A stretch of DNA of 64,000 bases from Trichosphaerium sp. ATCC 40318 (GCA_038496445.1 JALMLS010000420.1:1-64000), one strand, 5' to 3'. Shown: positions 1-15,367, counted from the stretch's first letter. Numbers and translations are program-made. The notes: generated by a model from the letters alone, not told the origin.

Positions 1-1025
1 AAGACTCGACAGGCACCACGCAGAACTTGCACACTGGATTTCTTAGTGGATTACCGCGATTGAATAGGCTTTGTCTGTACCCACGATGTATGTGCAATCA
101 TTTAATCTCCTGATCTATTAACGATGCCATAGTTGAACATGCGTATGATGAGGAGAGTACATATGTCATAACTTCAGCAGCCTCGTTACAGAGTTTCGCT
201 GAACGTCGAATACAGGTCAGTTTTTGCTCTAATCCAAACGTTGTATGGTACTGACGAACTTAGCAACTAATCGTGCATGTTCATCATCCATTGTATTGTT
301 TATCACTCGACTATTTGCAACACTTGCAAGTATTGGATACGTTGGCGTTGAGTGCAGTCGGTGGCGGCTACAAACAGATTACAGCGTCTGGATTGGGCTT
401 GTTAACAAACTTGCGCAATTTGAGAATGTCATATGTAGATTTTGGTTTAGAGAAACTGTCTTGGCTGTACAATCTCGAAGTACTAGGTTAGTTGTACTTA
501 AGTGCTAGTTACAGCAAATGCCTTTACCTGTACGTCTTTCTTACCAATCATAGGGATAAATGGCATGTCATTGAAACCAGCTTTACCGAGTTTACCTCGA
601 CTCACACGTCTCGTGTCGCTCACCACATTCTGCACACTGTACGTACAACTCTTTGCTGGTTGTGTTCAAAACCAACATTTTTACTTAGTGAGGACTGCAC
701 AGTAGAAGACATTTCTCATTTGACGCAAGTTACATCGCTCACTGAGTTATCATTACAAAGCAGAAAATCCTATCCAACCGATTTTTCATCAATGATTTCA
801 ACAATGACTAATCTTAAAGTACTCAACCTGACATGCCTCGAGCTGTCGCACGATAGTATCATACGTCTAGGACGCCTACCAAATCTCAAGAAACTGGGAA
901 TTGAAGACAGGGAGGGTGATAACCGCGAACTCCTGATCTCTCAATTCAAAAAGCTGTTTTCTGATGTAGAGCTCAACTTTGCAGCACCAAGGCTAAGGGT
1001 AGTTGGTAGGCCTGATGCCATATGA
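1..1025 (+). CDS. Leucine-rich repeat protein, 3' part (5' end outside window), at least 4 introns
   Basis: Exons give repeated LxxLxL motifs (LTNLRNLRMS, LTQVTSLTELSL, MTNLKVLNLT, LPNLKKLGI). Short GT-AG introns; TGA ends at 1025. Confidence 0.8.
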
Positions 1026-1095
1026 ACCACCAATAAATATTTCTATTGGAATTACGTCGTTGTTACTGCACATTTCGTTTGTAAACTTCGTTTTA

Positions 1096-3733
1096 TTATT
1101 TGAGGTGGTTCTCACAACACTTATTTGGTTCAAGTAGAAACCACGTATGTTCTGAGTACCGCCACCAAGGCAATTGACAGAGGGAACAGAGAAAGTATAA
1201 TTGGTGACCAGTAAGCCCTTTAAGAAAGGTTAACACCTGTTTTGTGACAGATAAACAAAATCGCAATTGACATGTCATGACACGTGCCTGAAGGTTGTCA
1301 TAAAACTACCCAATAGACCAACGATGAATGTGATGGTAATAACAGTTATTACTTCGGCTGAAAATGTCCATAAAATCTTTCTAATATGAAGAAAATGAGT
1401 TTAAAGTTCTTAATGACTGTGAACATCGCAGCGAACCTAAAGTAAACCAATGCAAGGAAAATACCAAGTACAAGCGTGTTGTTCTAGAAAAACAGTGTCA
1501 AGAAGGGTACTTTGATGGAAGTTAACTCACCATAATTGCAGCACCGTAAATGGCTCCAAAGCTATTCGTGAAACGTTAATTTAACGAATGGTAAAGTATG
1601 TGCGCACGTGATAGTCATATTCTTTTTCTTCATTTTAGCGGCAAAGATTAAACTGGCGATAAGTTCACTAGCATTTGAAGCAAACGGCGTAACCTACACA
1701 AAAAATGAGACGCTTCTAAGCTGTTTTAATGAGGGACATACCACGAAAGAAATGTAAAAAGCATCTATACCAACGCCATCTGCAAAGTTGCTGATCGCTT
1801 TTACCTAGACATATAGAGTAAGAATACATCTGGGATAGTCAACAACTAAGAGTACCATGCCATCTGCAAAGACAGATAATAAGACGGTGGCAACTTGGAT
1901 AAAGTTAGCAAAGGGTGACACGATTCATTTAAATACCTAGAAGCATGAGTGGACTGCGAATCAGTATTTCTCGCTTGGTTAGAACAACTTCTTCCTCAGC
2001 CTCTTCCTCTTCCTCTACTGGGGTGCTTTCTTCGTTCTCTTCAAGACGTTTTACCAAACGACGCATTTTCGACACGGCCTGCAGGAAAGTTGTGAAATTC
2101 GCGTGATGTGTGGATGAGACGTACACTGGATACGTGAGTATCTCTGCCTGAGTTCTTTCTGTTTTGGTCTCGGATAAGGGTCCTTAAAAATAGGATTACT
2201 GACAACACTATCATTTTTTGGATTTAAAGGTGTTTTGTTGGCTTACCCAATATCGATGCCACTTGGACTTGCTTCACCAGGCTGAGGGAACGCAGAAATT
2301 AGCGATTGAGCTTCCTCGTCGCTGGTGTGAAGGTAATTGATACCGCTGACCATTGACTCATTTTTAGCATCGAACTCTTCTTCAATTTTCTCAATCTCGT
2401 CTTCAAGCACTTTTACAATCTACCACGTGAATGAGATCAACCAAATTTATGAAGCTACATGGGTTTGAATTTTGACATACGTTCTTGTGGAGCAACACTT
2501 GTTGGGCTTTTTCTATCTCACGTTCTTGTTGTTCTGTGTTGAGGACCATGAACATACTGTAGGCAATGAATAGGATGGTAGCTACTATGAACCCAGCCTA
2601 AACGCTACAAGTTAAAAATGATTCATTTTACAAGGTTGTTTAAAGGGGTACCAAAGCGAACTCTTCTTGCTGGTCTATCTGGATCCTACGGGATTTGTCT
2701 GTAAAGACCCAAGCAATTGCCTAGAGAGATATATTAATATTGACATTTTAGGTGGTGGCTGCGTACTTGAATAATGAGGTAAGTCAAAGATGTCCCAAGC
2801 ATGATTCGAGATTGTATTTTCATGTCAGGCTCACAAGAAACGCCTGTTGACAATAACGCTACGAACTCCACGTCAATATTCATACCAAATTAAGTGCACG
2901 TACACCACTTGCTTGTTCTGGTCTTATCGACAGCTGTACATGGGGGTTAACACTTGTCCTTCATTGCATTAAAAAAATAGAATACCTTCGCCATCCTTTA
3001 TGTCACATCGTCCTATTAACACACTCCCTTTTGTGACCAGGTCAGTTTTGTGTTGTGTAATAAGCACATACCTCCCCAGGCTATTGTAAGAAGCATGATT
3101 GTGCTACCAGCTAAGGTGCCGACGCCCACTTGGAGAAGAATTACAACGAAAGCACTGTTGAATACATTTCGGCGGTTATGCCGATAGTGAATGCTTGCGA
3201 ACCTTTTACTTCTTCCTCGACACGATGAGCTGCGCCAAGACCACTGACAATGACAATGATAGCGTCTGGCATTGCACCTACGAAAATTTAGAGCGAGAAA
3301 GTAGTAGCACATCTAGCTCACCCAAAAATGGTATCACGAATCCACCAATAAGACCTGTACTGGCGTCAATTAATGTACGCGTACCCATACCGTACCAGGG
3401 TTTAATATCTATAAATGTTAGTGTTTGTCAAAATGATAAGCTGCAACATACGTCCAATAGCAATTCACTACCATCAGCGATAAGTTTCGAGCCCTTTTGA
3501 AGTCGTAAGAATGTGTTAAGCATAAAAAACAAAACGTGACGTACAAACCCCAAAATATAACCGTAGAATATCATCAAGAAGATGTTGGCTATTATGTTGT
3601 TCGAACATGGCAACCAATCTCCTTCCTCAACAAAAGTGACTAACTACCCTTGCTTTTAGATGGTACTTACAAGGGAGCAACTGCTCTCCCCTTCTACTGT
3701 GGTATTTGAAATGACCTCGGCAAGGAAATCCAT
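1096..3733 (-). CDS. Na+/Ca2+ exchanger-like (NCL/CaCA family) membrane protein, multi-exon
   Basis: Motifs NIFLMIFYGYILGF-GSKLIADGSELLLD, PFLGAMPDAIIV, GVGTLAGSTIMLLTIAWG, GRCDI, TPFASNASELIAS and YGAAIMNN match plant/protist NCL exchangers. ATG at 3733, TAA at 1096. Confidence 0.88.
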
Positions 3734-4192
3734 CGTTGCCTTGACAAGTTTATCACGTGCTTTTGAACCGTCACGAAAATTTTTTGGTCGATTTTTTCGA
3801 AAAAGGTGAAAAAAAAGACACCTGTGTCAGTTATCATGTTATTCGGATACAACAACAAAAAGGTAGCTTAGTGTTGCTAATACATCATTCTTTCGGAGTA
3901 CACTACGGGATAAAACAAAATTAAATAACGCTCTAGAAAAGATCGATAACTCACTCCCACATTCACAACTGCGAATGTACAAGCGAAAGGGAGCGTTCTT
4001 TCATGTTTTTTAACCTTTTACGTCAATCCCGATGCTAGACATCCCTTGAAACGTTAAAATACAGGGTGATATTATTCTATGTTCAACGCATTACACATCA
4101 CGAGATACGCATAATTCTTGGCGTTTGTGGTTTTGGATGCACATTTTTGTTGACAGTCGCGCACAATCATTGTAGCAATCCGTTTAACAAGC

Positions 4193-5223
<1,031 letters not shown>

Positions 5224-5626
5224 GCAATATTTCTGCAAAGGAATCAATAAACACAGTCTTCAACTATCGCCTTGTTTTTATACTCCAGGTTACCCGTGAG
5301 CGAAGGATAGATGACTATCTGACTATTAGCGACAGCCGGCTCAATCCGGACATTGAGGTTTTATCAAATGTCAATACGCGTAAACACTTTATAATTTTAG
5401 CAAGACAACCTACGCTCACCAAGCCAAGAGGTAAAGCTAACTGTTTTAACATTTTCAGTACAATTATTCTTTTTGTTTATTCCTTGCCGTTTCTTCCACA
5501 CAGTAGTATGTGTGAGGTTAATTGGTCGCGTAACCATCTTCGTGTCGCGTTTTAGTTCATTTTCTTCACCCTTCTCTCTATTGTCGTACCTACTAAGCTT
5601 GTAGGGCTTCTTAGTAACCATACATA

Positions 5627-8066
5627 ATGTCCTTGCCCATAGTAGGGTAAATGTTTCTTTATTCAGCGTTTTACTTGACCACAATTCGTCATATCGCCAA
5701 AACTCCATACATTACGCTCACTACGATTTAGTATCGATGACACACGGCAAAAATCAGTCGGTGACACATTGCAACAACAGAGCAAGGCGGCAGTTCACTA
5801 TCCGGCGCCATCAACACCAGAGGGTCCAGAAGAAGCACTAGGTACGTAACGAGGAATCTCGTTGAGCGAAAACGTTACTCCTCGTGGCGATTTACACGTG
5901 ATAGGTAGCCACGAACAACAAGAGGCTGGCAGTAGCGTAGACACACGTTCAGACGCGCTAGAAACTGTATTTTTAAAATTATACTCGTATTTGGAGAACC
6001 TACGGTTGGTGCTTATCTGTCTAATTATGGTGTTGGTTGACACCTATGTAGCCCGAAACTGCAATCTAAGAAATTATCAAAGGATGGCAACGCAATGAGA
6101 GAGCGGTTGCAGGAGTATTCTTCCTCTGTGACGAGCTTTGCAAGGTTGATTCAAGATTTAATAGTGCAAGAAACCAAACAACATTCAGTTGACTTTAGCA
6201 AGGTCACTCTTTATTGCTTATATTTCTTACAACTAACGCATGTTAGGTTGGCTTAGAGATGGGTAGAAATATCACAATAAAAGCAGAGGCTCAGGACGTG
6301 TACGATAGATAATATTATCTGCATATTCCAAAAAAGTAATGTATAATTTTAGGCCTTCTAACGCCTCTTGTAAATTATTTATTCAAGGTATCCCTTCAAA
6401 CTTTCCAGCTGAAGATGTTCGGTTTATGCTTGCTCCATTCACCGTAACAGGTACTAAAATCAAATGTTCATGGCGTTATTAAAGTGCGATTGTAGCGGTA
6501 AACACAGGAAGAAAAGATTTTGCTTTTGCAAATTTTAGAACACCAGAAGAGGCTACTGCCGCTTTGGATTATCTCGCACATGCATTCCCTCGCCTTGGTG
6601 TAAAGTTCGCTAAGGTATGTCCCTATATCACCACTGACAACCTAAGCGATTGAGCTCTAGCAGAAAGAGGAGATTAGAGAAGATAGACCATACAAGCGCC
6701 GTAAACTTGACAATACTCAGCCATCTAGTACAAAGGCGGTTGGGTTTAGCGCATTATATGATTCAAAGAGACATGAGTAAGCACAGACTGAATCATCAAG
6801 TATTGAGGATAACAATAACGCTTCTGATAGGGATGACACTGCCAGACATCGCTCAAAAGTTAGAAAATCGACCAGGCAGCCTTATAATGGTGACACTGCT
6901 AACTCTGCATATCCACCAAGAACAAGAAGCAGGGGAGACCACCACGCCCGTACGATAAGCTATGTCTTGTGAGACACTGATAACCTGTAGCGCCAATGTC
7001 GGCACCATCTGCAAACACCTCTCCTGCGCCTTCTTTTACATCTCAGCCAATCAGCACAGGATTTACAGGCTTACAGAACTCCATCCCTGCAGAAACTGTG
7101 CGTATCGGTTAACAAGGTCTAAGTCTAACTTGTACATGCAGATGACTTTGTTACAAGCTATTAACAATACTTTGCAAAATCTACCAGCTCAACCTGGATA
7201 CACCCAGCCACCGACATTCTCTTCAGCTGGCGCAGGGACAAACTATGGTTAGTTTTCCTCCACATAGTTAAAAACTAAGAAACATTAGGCAATCCACCAA
7301 TATCGTCCCAGTATCAGCCTCAAACTGGGCCACCGAGTGCAGACCCTACAACCTATTTAGCTACAGGTATGCTTTATTTATATTTTGAGTGCGTAGCACG
7401 TGTTCACATTACACGTTTAGACAGACCAGGATTATCACGTGACACGTTATACGTCAACAATTTAGCGAAAACTGTAACCTCACAAGATCTTGTGGCCTTG
7501 TTTTCAGACTTTGGTGAAGTGAAACAAGTGAGGTGGCCAAAAGAAAAGCAATCAGGTGAGTTAGTAAATATGGGATCTGGGTTTGTACAATTTTACGATG
7601 GTACTGCTTCAGCGGCAGCTCTATCTGGTCTCAATGGCTACCAATTACATGATAAGCCAATGCACATATCCTTTGCGACTGACAAGGCCACAGTAAAAGG
7701 CATGTTCTACACAATATTCTTGGGTGACTGACAAGCACTAGGTAAACCTCCAAATAAACATCCCAAGTATGACGCTTGTACTACTATATTCGTGGGTGGC
7801 CTCACAGAGCAATTTACAGAAGTGATATTGCGAGATAACTTTTCTTGGTGCGGTAGAGTGGAACACATTCGTTTCTTGGTCGTCAATGGAGAGTTTAAGG
7901 GGTAAGAAAATGTCACGTTTATTCAAAATAACTGAATGGTTTGTCTAGTTGCGGTTTTATTGATTTCAGTAACCCAGACGCAGCAGACAAAGCAGTGGCG
8001 AATATGGATGGCGTGCACATCCTCGGCAGGCGTATATCTGTAAATTACGGCGATAGGAGATCATAG
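5627..8066 (+). CDS. RNA-binding protein with three RRM domains and low-complexity linkers
   Basis: RNP motifs KLFIQGIP/DFAFANF, TLYVNNL/GSGFVQF and TIFVGGL/CGFIDF. The ATG at 5627 splices in frame to the exon starting at about 5732. Confidence 0.8.
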
Positions 8067-8370
8067 TTATGTCCTCCCTCCTTTTAAGTAAAAGTTGGTT
8101 GTATTTTTATATCTTGAGTCCATTTGGGATGGTACCACATATTGAAATTTACAAATATTGAAGTTAAGTTATCACAAATTTATCCGGTTGTGTGCGCTAG
8201 TTTCAATTTTAACGTGCGCTTTCACGACAAGTGTTACGTATTTTTAAAAGAGGAAGCAACTGTTCAGATACTGTAAGTGATGTAAATCCGGTTTTTTATA
8301 AAAAAGAACTAAAACAGCTTTCACGCTTTCTTACTTTACACATCGATGTAGTGGTCCTAGTGAGCCTCAC

Positions 8371-8697
8371 ATGTCCATGTTCAAGCGAAGTTCCCGACCT
8401 GACCGACAAAAAGCGTCACCGATACAAACCAGGGGACATGGACGCACGACAACTATTACTCTGGGCTCTAAAAGACAGGACGATTCAAGTTTTCTTCCAA
8501 ACATGTATGTAACCCTCGAAAAGTAAGAAAACACGTTGCTTACAGTGATTTCAAGATCACGTGGGCCACAAAGAGTCGCACTAGCAGATCAACAAGCAGT
8601 AAGGGAACTCTGTAAAGAGGCTATCATCGATTTAATACGCAGCGACATTAGACAAATGTTCAGAAACGCAATGCAAGACATGCTAGAAAAAAAGTAA
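8371..8697 (+). CDS. Small hypothetical protein of about 91 aa, 2 exons
   Basis: MSMFKRSS...LPNI joins in phase across a GTATGT...AAG intron to SRGPQRVALADQQAVRELCKEAIIDL...LEKK*. No recognised homology. Confidence 0.5.
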
Positions 8698-8895
8698 CAC
8701 AGCGATCTCTTTTTTGCTAATTTATTTCATTGATTTCCCTGTGATAATGTAGTATTTTTACCATTGTAGACGTGTTGTATGTAACTTTTTTTACCCTTTG
8801 ACGCTAATTCGCACGTGTCAACTTTTTTTTTGGGTTTTTTACGTCCCGAAGTCAATTCGCGTTTCTCGTGTACAACACGTTAAAAACCGCGTGCA

Positions 8896-10992
8896 ATGAG
8901 TGATGCTATCCCTCAAATCATCCAGTCGTTGCGCACTGGCTTCTCATCGCGGATTACGCTTCCAGTATGCTACCAATAGGTGTTAAGTAGTTATACGACC
9001 TAGGTGGCGTACAGAAAGAAGCAATTGTTGAAGCTACAGGCGTTACTCTCAGAAAACAGATCAAAGGTACGATTAGAGCACTAAAATCGCAGTGTCAGAT
9101 AGATCAACACATATTTTACGCATCAAAACCCTGTTTGAATGGTATTTTCTTCATTACCGTCTGATAATCATGTCACTAGTTCGTTGAAGCCTTTTATAAA
9201 GATTTAAAGCGTCCTGCAGGGTTTGGCAACAGTATCATAGACGTGTGCGTACAAGAAGTAAAGACAGCATGTAAGAACCTTAAGAAATGGTGTGCAAACC
9301 GTAAAGCATCTGTACCATCCACAATTCAGGTCCAGACGCCACTCAAAGTTGAGACATTGCCCATAACACGTGTTTGTTAGATGGCATCGGCATATCTAAA
9401 ACAAGAACCATATGGTGTTGTCCTCATTATAGCTCCATGGAACTTTCCACTTACGCTCACTATCAGACCATTGATAGGCAAGATAAATAGCAACCCAATG
9501 ACAGCTAGTTGATGTTTTGTTAGGCGCCATAGCAGCCGGAAATGCGTGTTTGATTAAACCATCCGAGATTTCGACGCACACCTCAGCACTGTTGCACTCG
9601 CTTTTTTCAAACGAACGGTACTTGCTACCCCTTTGTCCTATATGTATCCTTACTTTTCAAAAGATATGCTGATCCGCGTACTATACGCTGTGTTCTTGGT
9701 GGCGTCCCGGAAACCACAACGATACTGGCACACAAGTTCGATAAAATAATATTCACAGGAGCGCTGCATGTTGGAAAGATCGTCATGAAGGCACGTTTTC
9801 AGGATGAATGCAACGAAGTGTTCACATTAATCCAAAGGCGGCTGCACAGCATATGACGCCTGTGATATTAGAATTGGGAGGCAAGAATCCTGCTATTGTA
9901 CATAAAGATGCTGATATTGCTATGACTGCAAAACGCTTACTGTGGTACTTGTTGCTATTTTGATCCTCGATTTGCATCGTAGAAATAACATTACTACACA
10001 GGGGTAAGATGGCGAATAGTGGACAGGCTTGCGTGGCTCCTGATCATGTCTTTGTTCACAGTTCCGTAAAAGACCAACTTGTCGCTGAACTAAAGCAGTC
10101 AGTGGCAACCATGTTTCCCAATGGCACCAGCGTACGTTTTTTTGGCTCTGTCTCAATACCTCTAGCACTAATACCATTTTTCAATAGCGAACGGGATGTA
10201 TCGTTACTGATAGACACCTTGAAAGACTATCAGCCATGTTGGCACAACTTCCTAATGAGTCAATAGTCATTGGTGGGCACGTTGACACGAAAGACAGGCA
10301 CGTTGATTTCACAGTGGTTGATACGCCAAAAGAATCAACAATGCTCGCAAAAGTATGTCTTTGCACGTGACCACTTACAGTACCAACAATACCTAGGAGG
10401 AAGTATTTGGCCCTATTCTCGCAATGTATAGCTATGATCGTTTGCAGAACGTCATAGACAAGATCAACTCAGCGCCTAAACCGCTTGCTCTGTATATGTT
10501 TTCAAAGTGCGCTTTTGCTACCATTCATACTTAAGTTAACAATATGTTCAGTTCTAGAGCTGCACAACAGCAAGTCATAAATCTTACGAGTTCTGGAGCA
10601 ATTGTTATCAATGACACGTGGATGCAGTCTTTCGCAACAAGCAAGTTACTCACTTGGAGATCCACGTTTTTTTAATCGGATATGTAGGCCTACCTTTTGG
10701 TGGCGTTGGCGAGAGTGGCATGGGTTCATACGGTGAAAAGTACAGCTTTGACGCATTCACACATTGGAAGCCAGTAATCCATAAAGTACGTTTCAACCTG
10801 CAAGCAGTGGTCTGACCGCTCGTATTAAAGGGTACATGGTTTGATGTCATGAGCTTTCGTTTCAGCCCTAATAGTGATGCACGCCTGCAAGCAATATCAC
10901 CACGTGATGACCTCAAGGTGTCGAGCGTAGTCAATGAAGCCGTGCAAATACTAAAATACAACGTGGGGCCGAGGAGACGAGCAAATTTGTAG
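8896..10992 (+). CDS. Aldehyde dehydrogenase class 3, 12 introns, putative peroxisomal C-terminus -ANL
   Basis: [51 protein letters not shown] (catalytic Cys), EEVFGPIL and [14 protein letters not shown]. Confidence 0.95.
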
Positions 10993-11046
10993 CATTATCC
11001 AAAAAAAAAAAAAACTCTGACAAATTCTTGACACCTTGCCGTTTTA

Positions 11047-14005
11047 TTAACCGGTGAGTACTCTTTCGTGGCAGAGCTTATACCTTTTACCAGAGCCGCA
11101 TGGACATTTACCATTCCGATTGATGTTCAAGTATGGTGACTCGGGCATGATGTAAGGGTTCTTCCAGTTTTTGGATGCCTTTTGTCTAGTTATCAACTTT
11201 TCGTACGTGTTTATGCGCTCATACAGCGTTTTATATGTGGCTTCTTGACTTTGGATATTAAGTTTATCGACCACCTTGCCATTGTGTTAAATAGGGGATT
11301 TACAATGGTAAGTGTTGCGTACCTTAAAGCCTTTGTCAATTGTGAATTTTTTTGGGATGTGCTCTGCCTCAATCTCTTCGGCGTCTTCGTATTCTACTTC
11401 AGACTCGCTAGAAGCTTCGCTATGCTCAAAAACAAGATTGCAATCAGGTTGCTATTGCGAGAGTTAGCACACAATGAGGCATGGTGACCGTACTTTCTCG
11501 ATAGCAATAGGCAACTTCAAGACAAGTTGGGTGTCTGATTTATAAAATACTGCGTTGGCAGCTTGTGCTTGTATTAAGAATGGCACTTTGATCTGCACGT
11601 GTTAGTGAGATTGATTTATCTGCATGAGGGGCGTACGTGTAAGTATGAGAGCTTTGATTCTACTACAATTTCTCCCTCATCGCCATCTGTTTTAACCTCC
11701 ACTGAAGTGTTTTCTGTCGTCGTGTCTTCCTAACAAATATACATGTCATTCATCAAACTAAAACAATGAATAGCGTACGCCTTTGAGATCAATAGTCACG
11801 AGCAGACTGCCTACGTCATTGTCCGAACCTTCGACATGATACACTTTATATGGCGGTGTTTTGAGGAGTGGCTCTTGCTCTTCCTTGCTAGGCATCGCTG
11901 GTAAAGATACAGCCGCCTCGCTGCTTTTATTCAAAGGCTGCTTGTTGTTGGTCTGGTTCTTCTTACCCCTATTCCGCTTATTCCCCTTCCGACCTCGTCC
12001 ACCTCTCCCTTTAAGCTTATTAGCACCAACTAAAGTGACGTCCTCCTTATACCTTTTGGCGCTCTGCGGTTTGATTGCGTGTTGTTATTGTTACCACCTC
12101 CACCAGAACCTCCGCCGCCTCTGCCATGGTACTTACGGTAGTACAATATATAAGCATTCTGTTTGAGAACAGTCGCTGTATCAACCATACGTCTCTAAAA
12201 TTGGGAGGTCAGTGTGCAATAAAGAACAGAAGATTGAATTATGATAGAGAATGTAGTAGTACTTTGTCGTCATCATACAGGAGCCATCCATTGCCAACTT
12301 TAACAAATGCAGTGTAGTGCCCTGAAAATATAGTATCTCCAAAGTGTACTAAAGCACCAAACAGTTCATAACTACCATCCTGAAGAGTAATAAGAGAAAA
12401 TGTCCATCAAGTTAACTTAACCTTGTCATTACTGCTGATGAGACGACTTATGTTCAACCGCTCGTGGAATATAACAGTCTTATTTATCTTGATACCTCCA
12501 TGAGCCAAGTCGAATCTCTTCAATTGGATACACAAAACATTGGGTGCGTTATGAATGGATAACTGCTTCTTCACTTCTACAGCCTTGTTACACCTAAGAT
12601 AGTGACGTGAGTCATCGACAACAGAAGTTTCAGTTTGTTCAACAAGTTGAATTGGCCTTGAGGAGACAGGCGTACGTCTCACACTTGTAATCATCCATCA
12701 CTTCGATATCTACATAATTATTCAACGCCTCTTCGAGGCTAAAGGCATTTCCACTAAGGTCAAGGTTCAAATCTTGCACACGTTGTTAGCAGCATTATAG
12801 CAAGTTTTGTTTGCGCTGAGAGCTGTCGCACCCAGAAATTCCTCGTATCTGTTTGTCACGCGATCGCAGGACATGCATTTGACTTGACTGCGCGTCTTAC
12901 CACCTTTGTAAATATGAGATTTAAGCACTGCAGTAAGGCTGTCCTGGATACATACCAAACAGTTGATAAATTAGAGAAGTACCCTCAATACGTTGTTTTT
13001 CGTCTCTAGTCGTTGGCATAAGCGTTAATCCAACTCAACCCAAAGCGTACAGAGGTAGACTTTTGTCTAGATTTGCATTAAAGATCATACTCTCATGAAT
13101 GCGCTGCAATATCGCCACGTGAAATTCATGTGCATCTGGTAAAACATGTTAATTCACAATCCTTGTCATTCACTTTACAGTTGCTAACCTTCCTGGTATC
13201 CGTATTGGAATTCTCCTAGATCTTAAGCAATCGATTAGAATCACACTAGCTCCACATTTGGTGAACAATTTTGGTGGTTTTTACATACTGCTGAGGTTGC
13301 GTATTACTGACACTGGTCTCAAACTGTCATTGTCATTCTCAGCGTAGTACTGCTTCATGTGTAGTTCAATAAGGCAAGAGCCGCAAAATGCGCCTGTCTT
13401 CTTCAACGCGCCTACAATGCCGAGTTACAACGTGTGCAACTGATTAATCATAATTTGTACATGATTGGTGGTGATTATCTCCAATGAAGAACTGAGCTAG
13501 AGGGCGTACATGGCTCAAGCACTGTAACACAGAGTTTGCAAAACAAGTATTGCCAACGTTCTCTAGGCCTTTGCCAGCGCCTAAGTTGGGTGTCTTCCAT
13601 ATGAGCTGAGCGACACGATTTTTGTCTATGAGGTGCCTACAGCATTACGTCATTCTCAGATTTTTTTGATCCAAGTTCCAGACCATAAAAAAATAACGAA
13701 ATAAATAAAATTCACGTGTTGATAACAAAAACGGGTACGCACTCGATTCGTTTGCGTACAACGGGTTTGGTTACCTTTGAATCAGCGATAAACGCTTGTT
13801 TGCCTGCCTGACTCAGAATTTTACACTCTTTGGCGTGACCGCATAGCCAGTGCTTTTTTTGACATTCTGCGCTACAATACCACACTTTCTGCAACAATTT
13901 TTACATTATTCACGTTAATCCATCTGTTGGCCTTACCTTACAACTAGCACACCTCAACGGAGCGACTTTATTGCATCGAACGCATTGGCGTGTTGTCGTT
14001 GCCAT
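11047..14005 (-). CDS. Ubiquitin-specific protease with N-terminal MYND finger, USP domain, CS/PIH1-like domain and C-terminal SEC-C motif
   Basis: MYND Cxx[24 protein letters not shown]. Cys box [25 protein letters not shown], His box [15 protein letters not shown]. Ends [18 protein letters not shown]. Phases of the last three exons checked. Confidence 0.9.
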
Positions 14006-14124
14006 TTACCAATACTGTGACACGGGATGGCGCTTTGTTGTGCGTAGGTTAGCCTTGTTGGTGACCTTTCATGACTGTCACTTATTTGGATCGCCTGTCG
14101 TTTTGTACAATCCTAAAAACGCCT

Positions 14125-15367
14125 ATGGAGGACATCAAGTCTTCCGGTATTTCCGTAGTACTTCCTGAACGTAAATTGGTTACACTTCGTGACAATGCTA
14201 CTGTTGGTGAAGCCTTCAAAGTACACAATAATCGCTCAAAAGTACACTAAACTATTTCTAGACGTTAGTTAAGCAAAATATTTACGTTGCACCCGTTGTT
14301 ACGTCAAGTGGAACCCCAAAAGGGTTTTTTGGCCTAGCAGATGTTGTGGCAGTAATGCTAGAAGGTACTTACAGCGCGCCGTCGGTTGTTGGTGACGATT
14401 GTAGTTGCCGTTACGGAAAAAAAAGCTGCAGAGTTTGCGGTTGGCGTAAAGAAAGCCTTGAGTACAAAAGCAGTTCAAGATTGCATGAGTACGCCAAATT
14501 AACCAATTTCGAAATATTGACACCTTGAAGACATATCAAAGCAAACAGCGTTCGCCACCGCAAAGGCTTCTGCAACAATAGGCGAAATAGCGAAAATTAT
14601 CGACCAAAGTACGTTTTGGTTGTCCAACGCCCAAACCAAACAGAATTATACTGAAATTGCTTGTAGAGCGGTGCAGAGTCTTGCTACTGGATGAAGCAGG
14701 CAAAGTAGGATCGATTGTATCTGCTACTGACATTGTGCGGTATCTAATCGCCAAAAACAAACACGTGCGCAATCTTTTGCTTTATGGGCTTGCTTACAAA
14801 CTACATTCATGCTTGTTGCTTACAGGATGGTAGAAAACCGAAGCTTTTAATGTTGCTGTTGGTACTTCCGGATTGTGTAAGGCAGTGGAACCTGTGACAT
14901 TGTCTATCCGAGCTATAGACGCGTTTCTAGAGCTTATAGTTAAAAACCCAGGCGCTTTACCAGTCATGGAAAAAAACTTTCAATCAGTGCTGACTGTCAA
15001 AGATATTAAAGTAAGACCCGCTTCTTCTGCCCTACCGATTGCAGTAATCATTTTAACACTTACCTAGGGAGCATTACGCGATCCTCGATTGCTAATGGCC
15101 CCGTTAGAACAGTACATATCACACGTCAGAAAAAGTTCAGTCAGTGTACGTACTTTTTGTTGTTTCATCTACCCCCGTCTCTGTCATTAATCTTATTTGG
15201 CAATTTAGGGTATAGTTCCTTTCCTATGTGTTGATGGTAATGTAACACTGGGCTTCACCATTGACAAGATGATGACAACTCGAGTGCACGGCATTTTTGT
15301 GACGACAAAAGAACACGGACTCAGAAGAATCGGTGTTATAGATTACGTTTCCTTGTTGTGTAAATAG
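14125..15367 (+). CDS. CBS-domain protein (AMPK-gamma/SDS23-like)
   Basis: CBS repeats: ATVGEAFKTLVKQNIYVAPV, VGSIVSATDIVRYL, AIDAFLELIVKNPGALPV, TLGFTIDKMMTTRVHGIFV. Confidence 0.8.

Noticed and set aside
7666-7674. ATATCCTTT as an AT-AC U12 donor
   Set aside because: It lies in RRM coding sequence (MHISFAT), which continues in frame to the GC donor at 7700.
8231-8512. ORF containing KKRHRYKPG, reminiscent of histone H3 KKPHRYRPG
   Set aside because: No histone fold follows and there is no ATG start. The intron phase supports a different frame.
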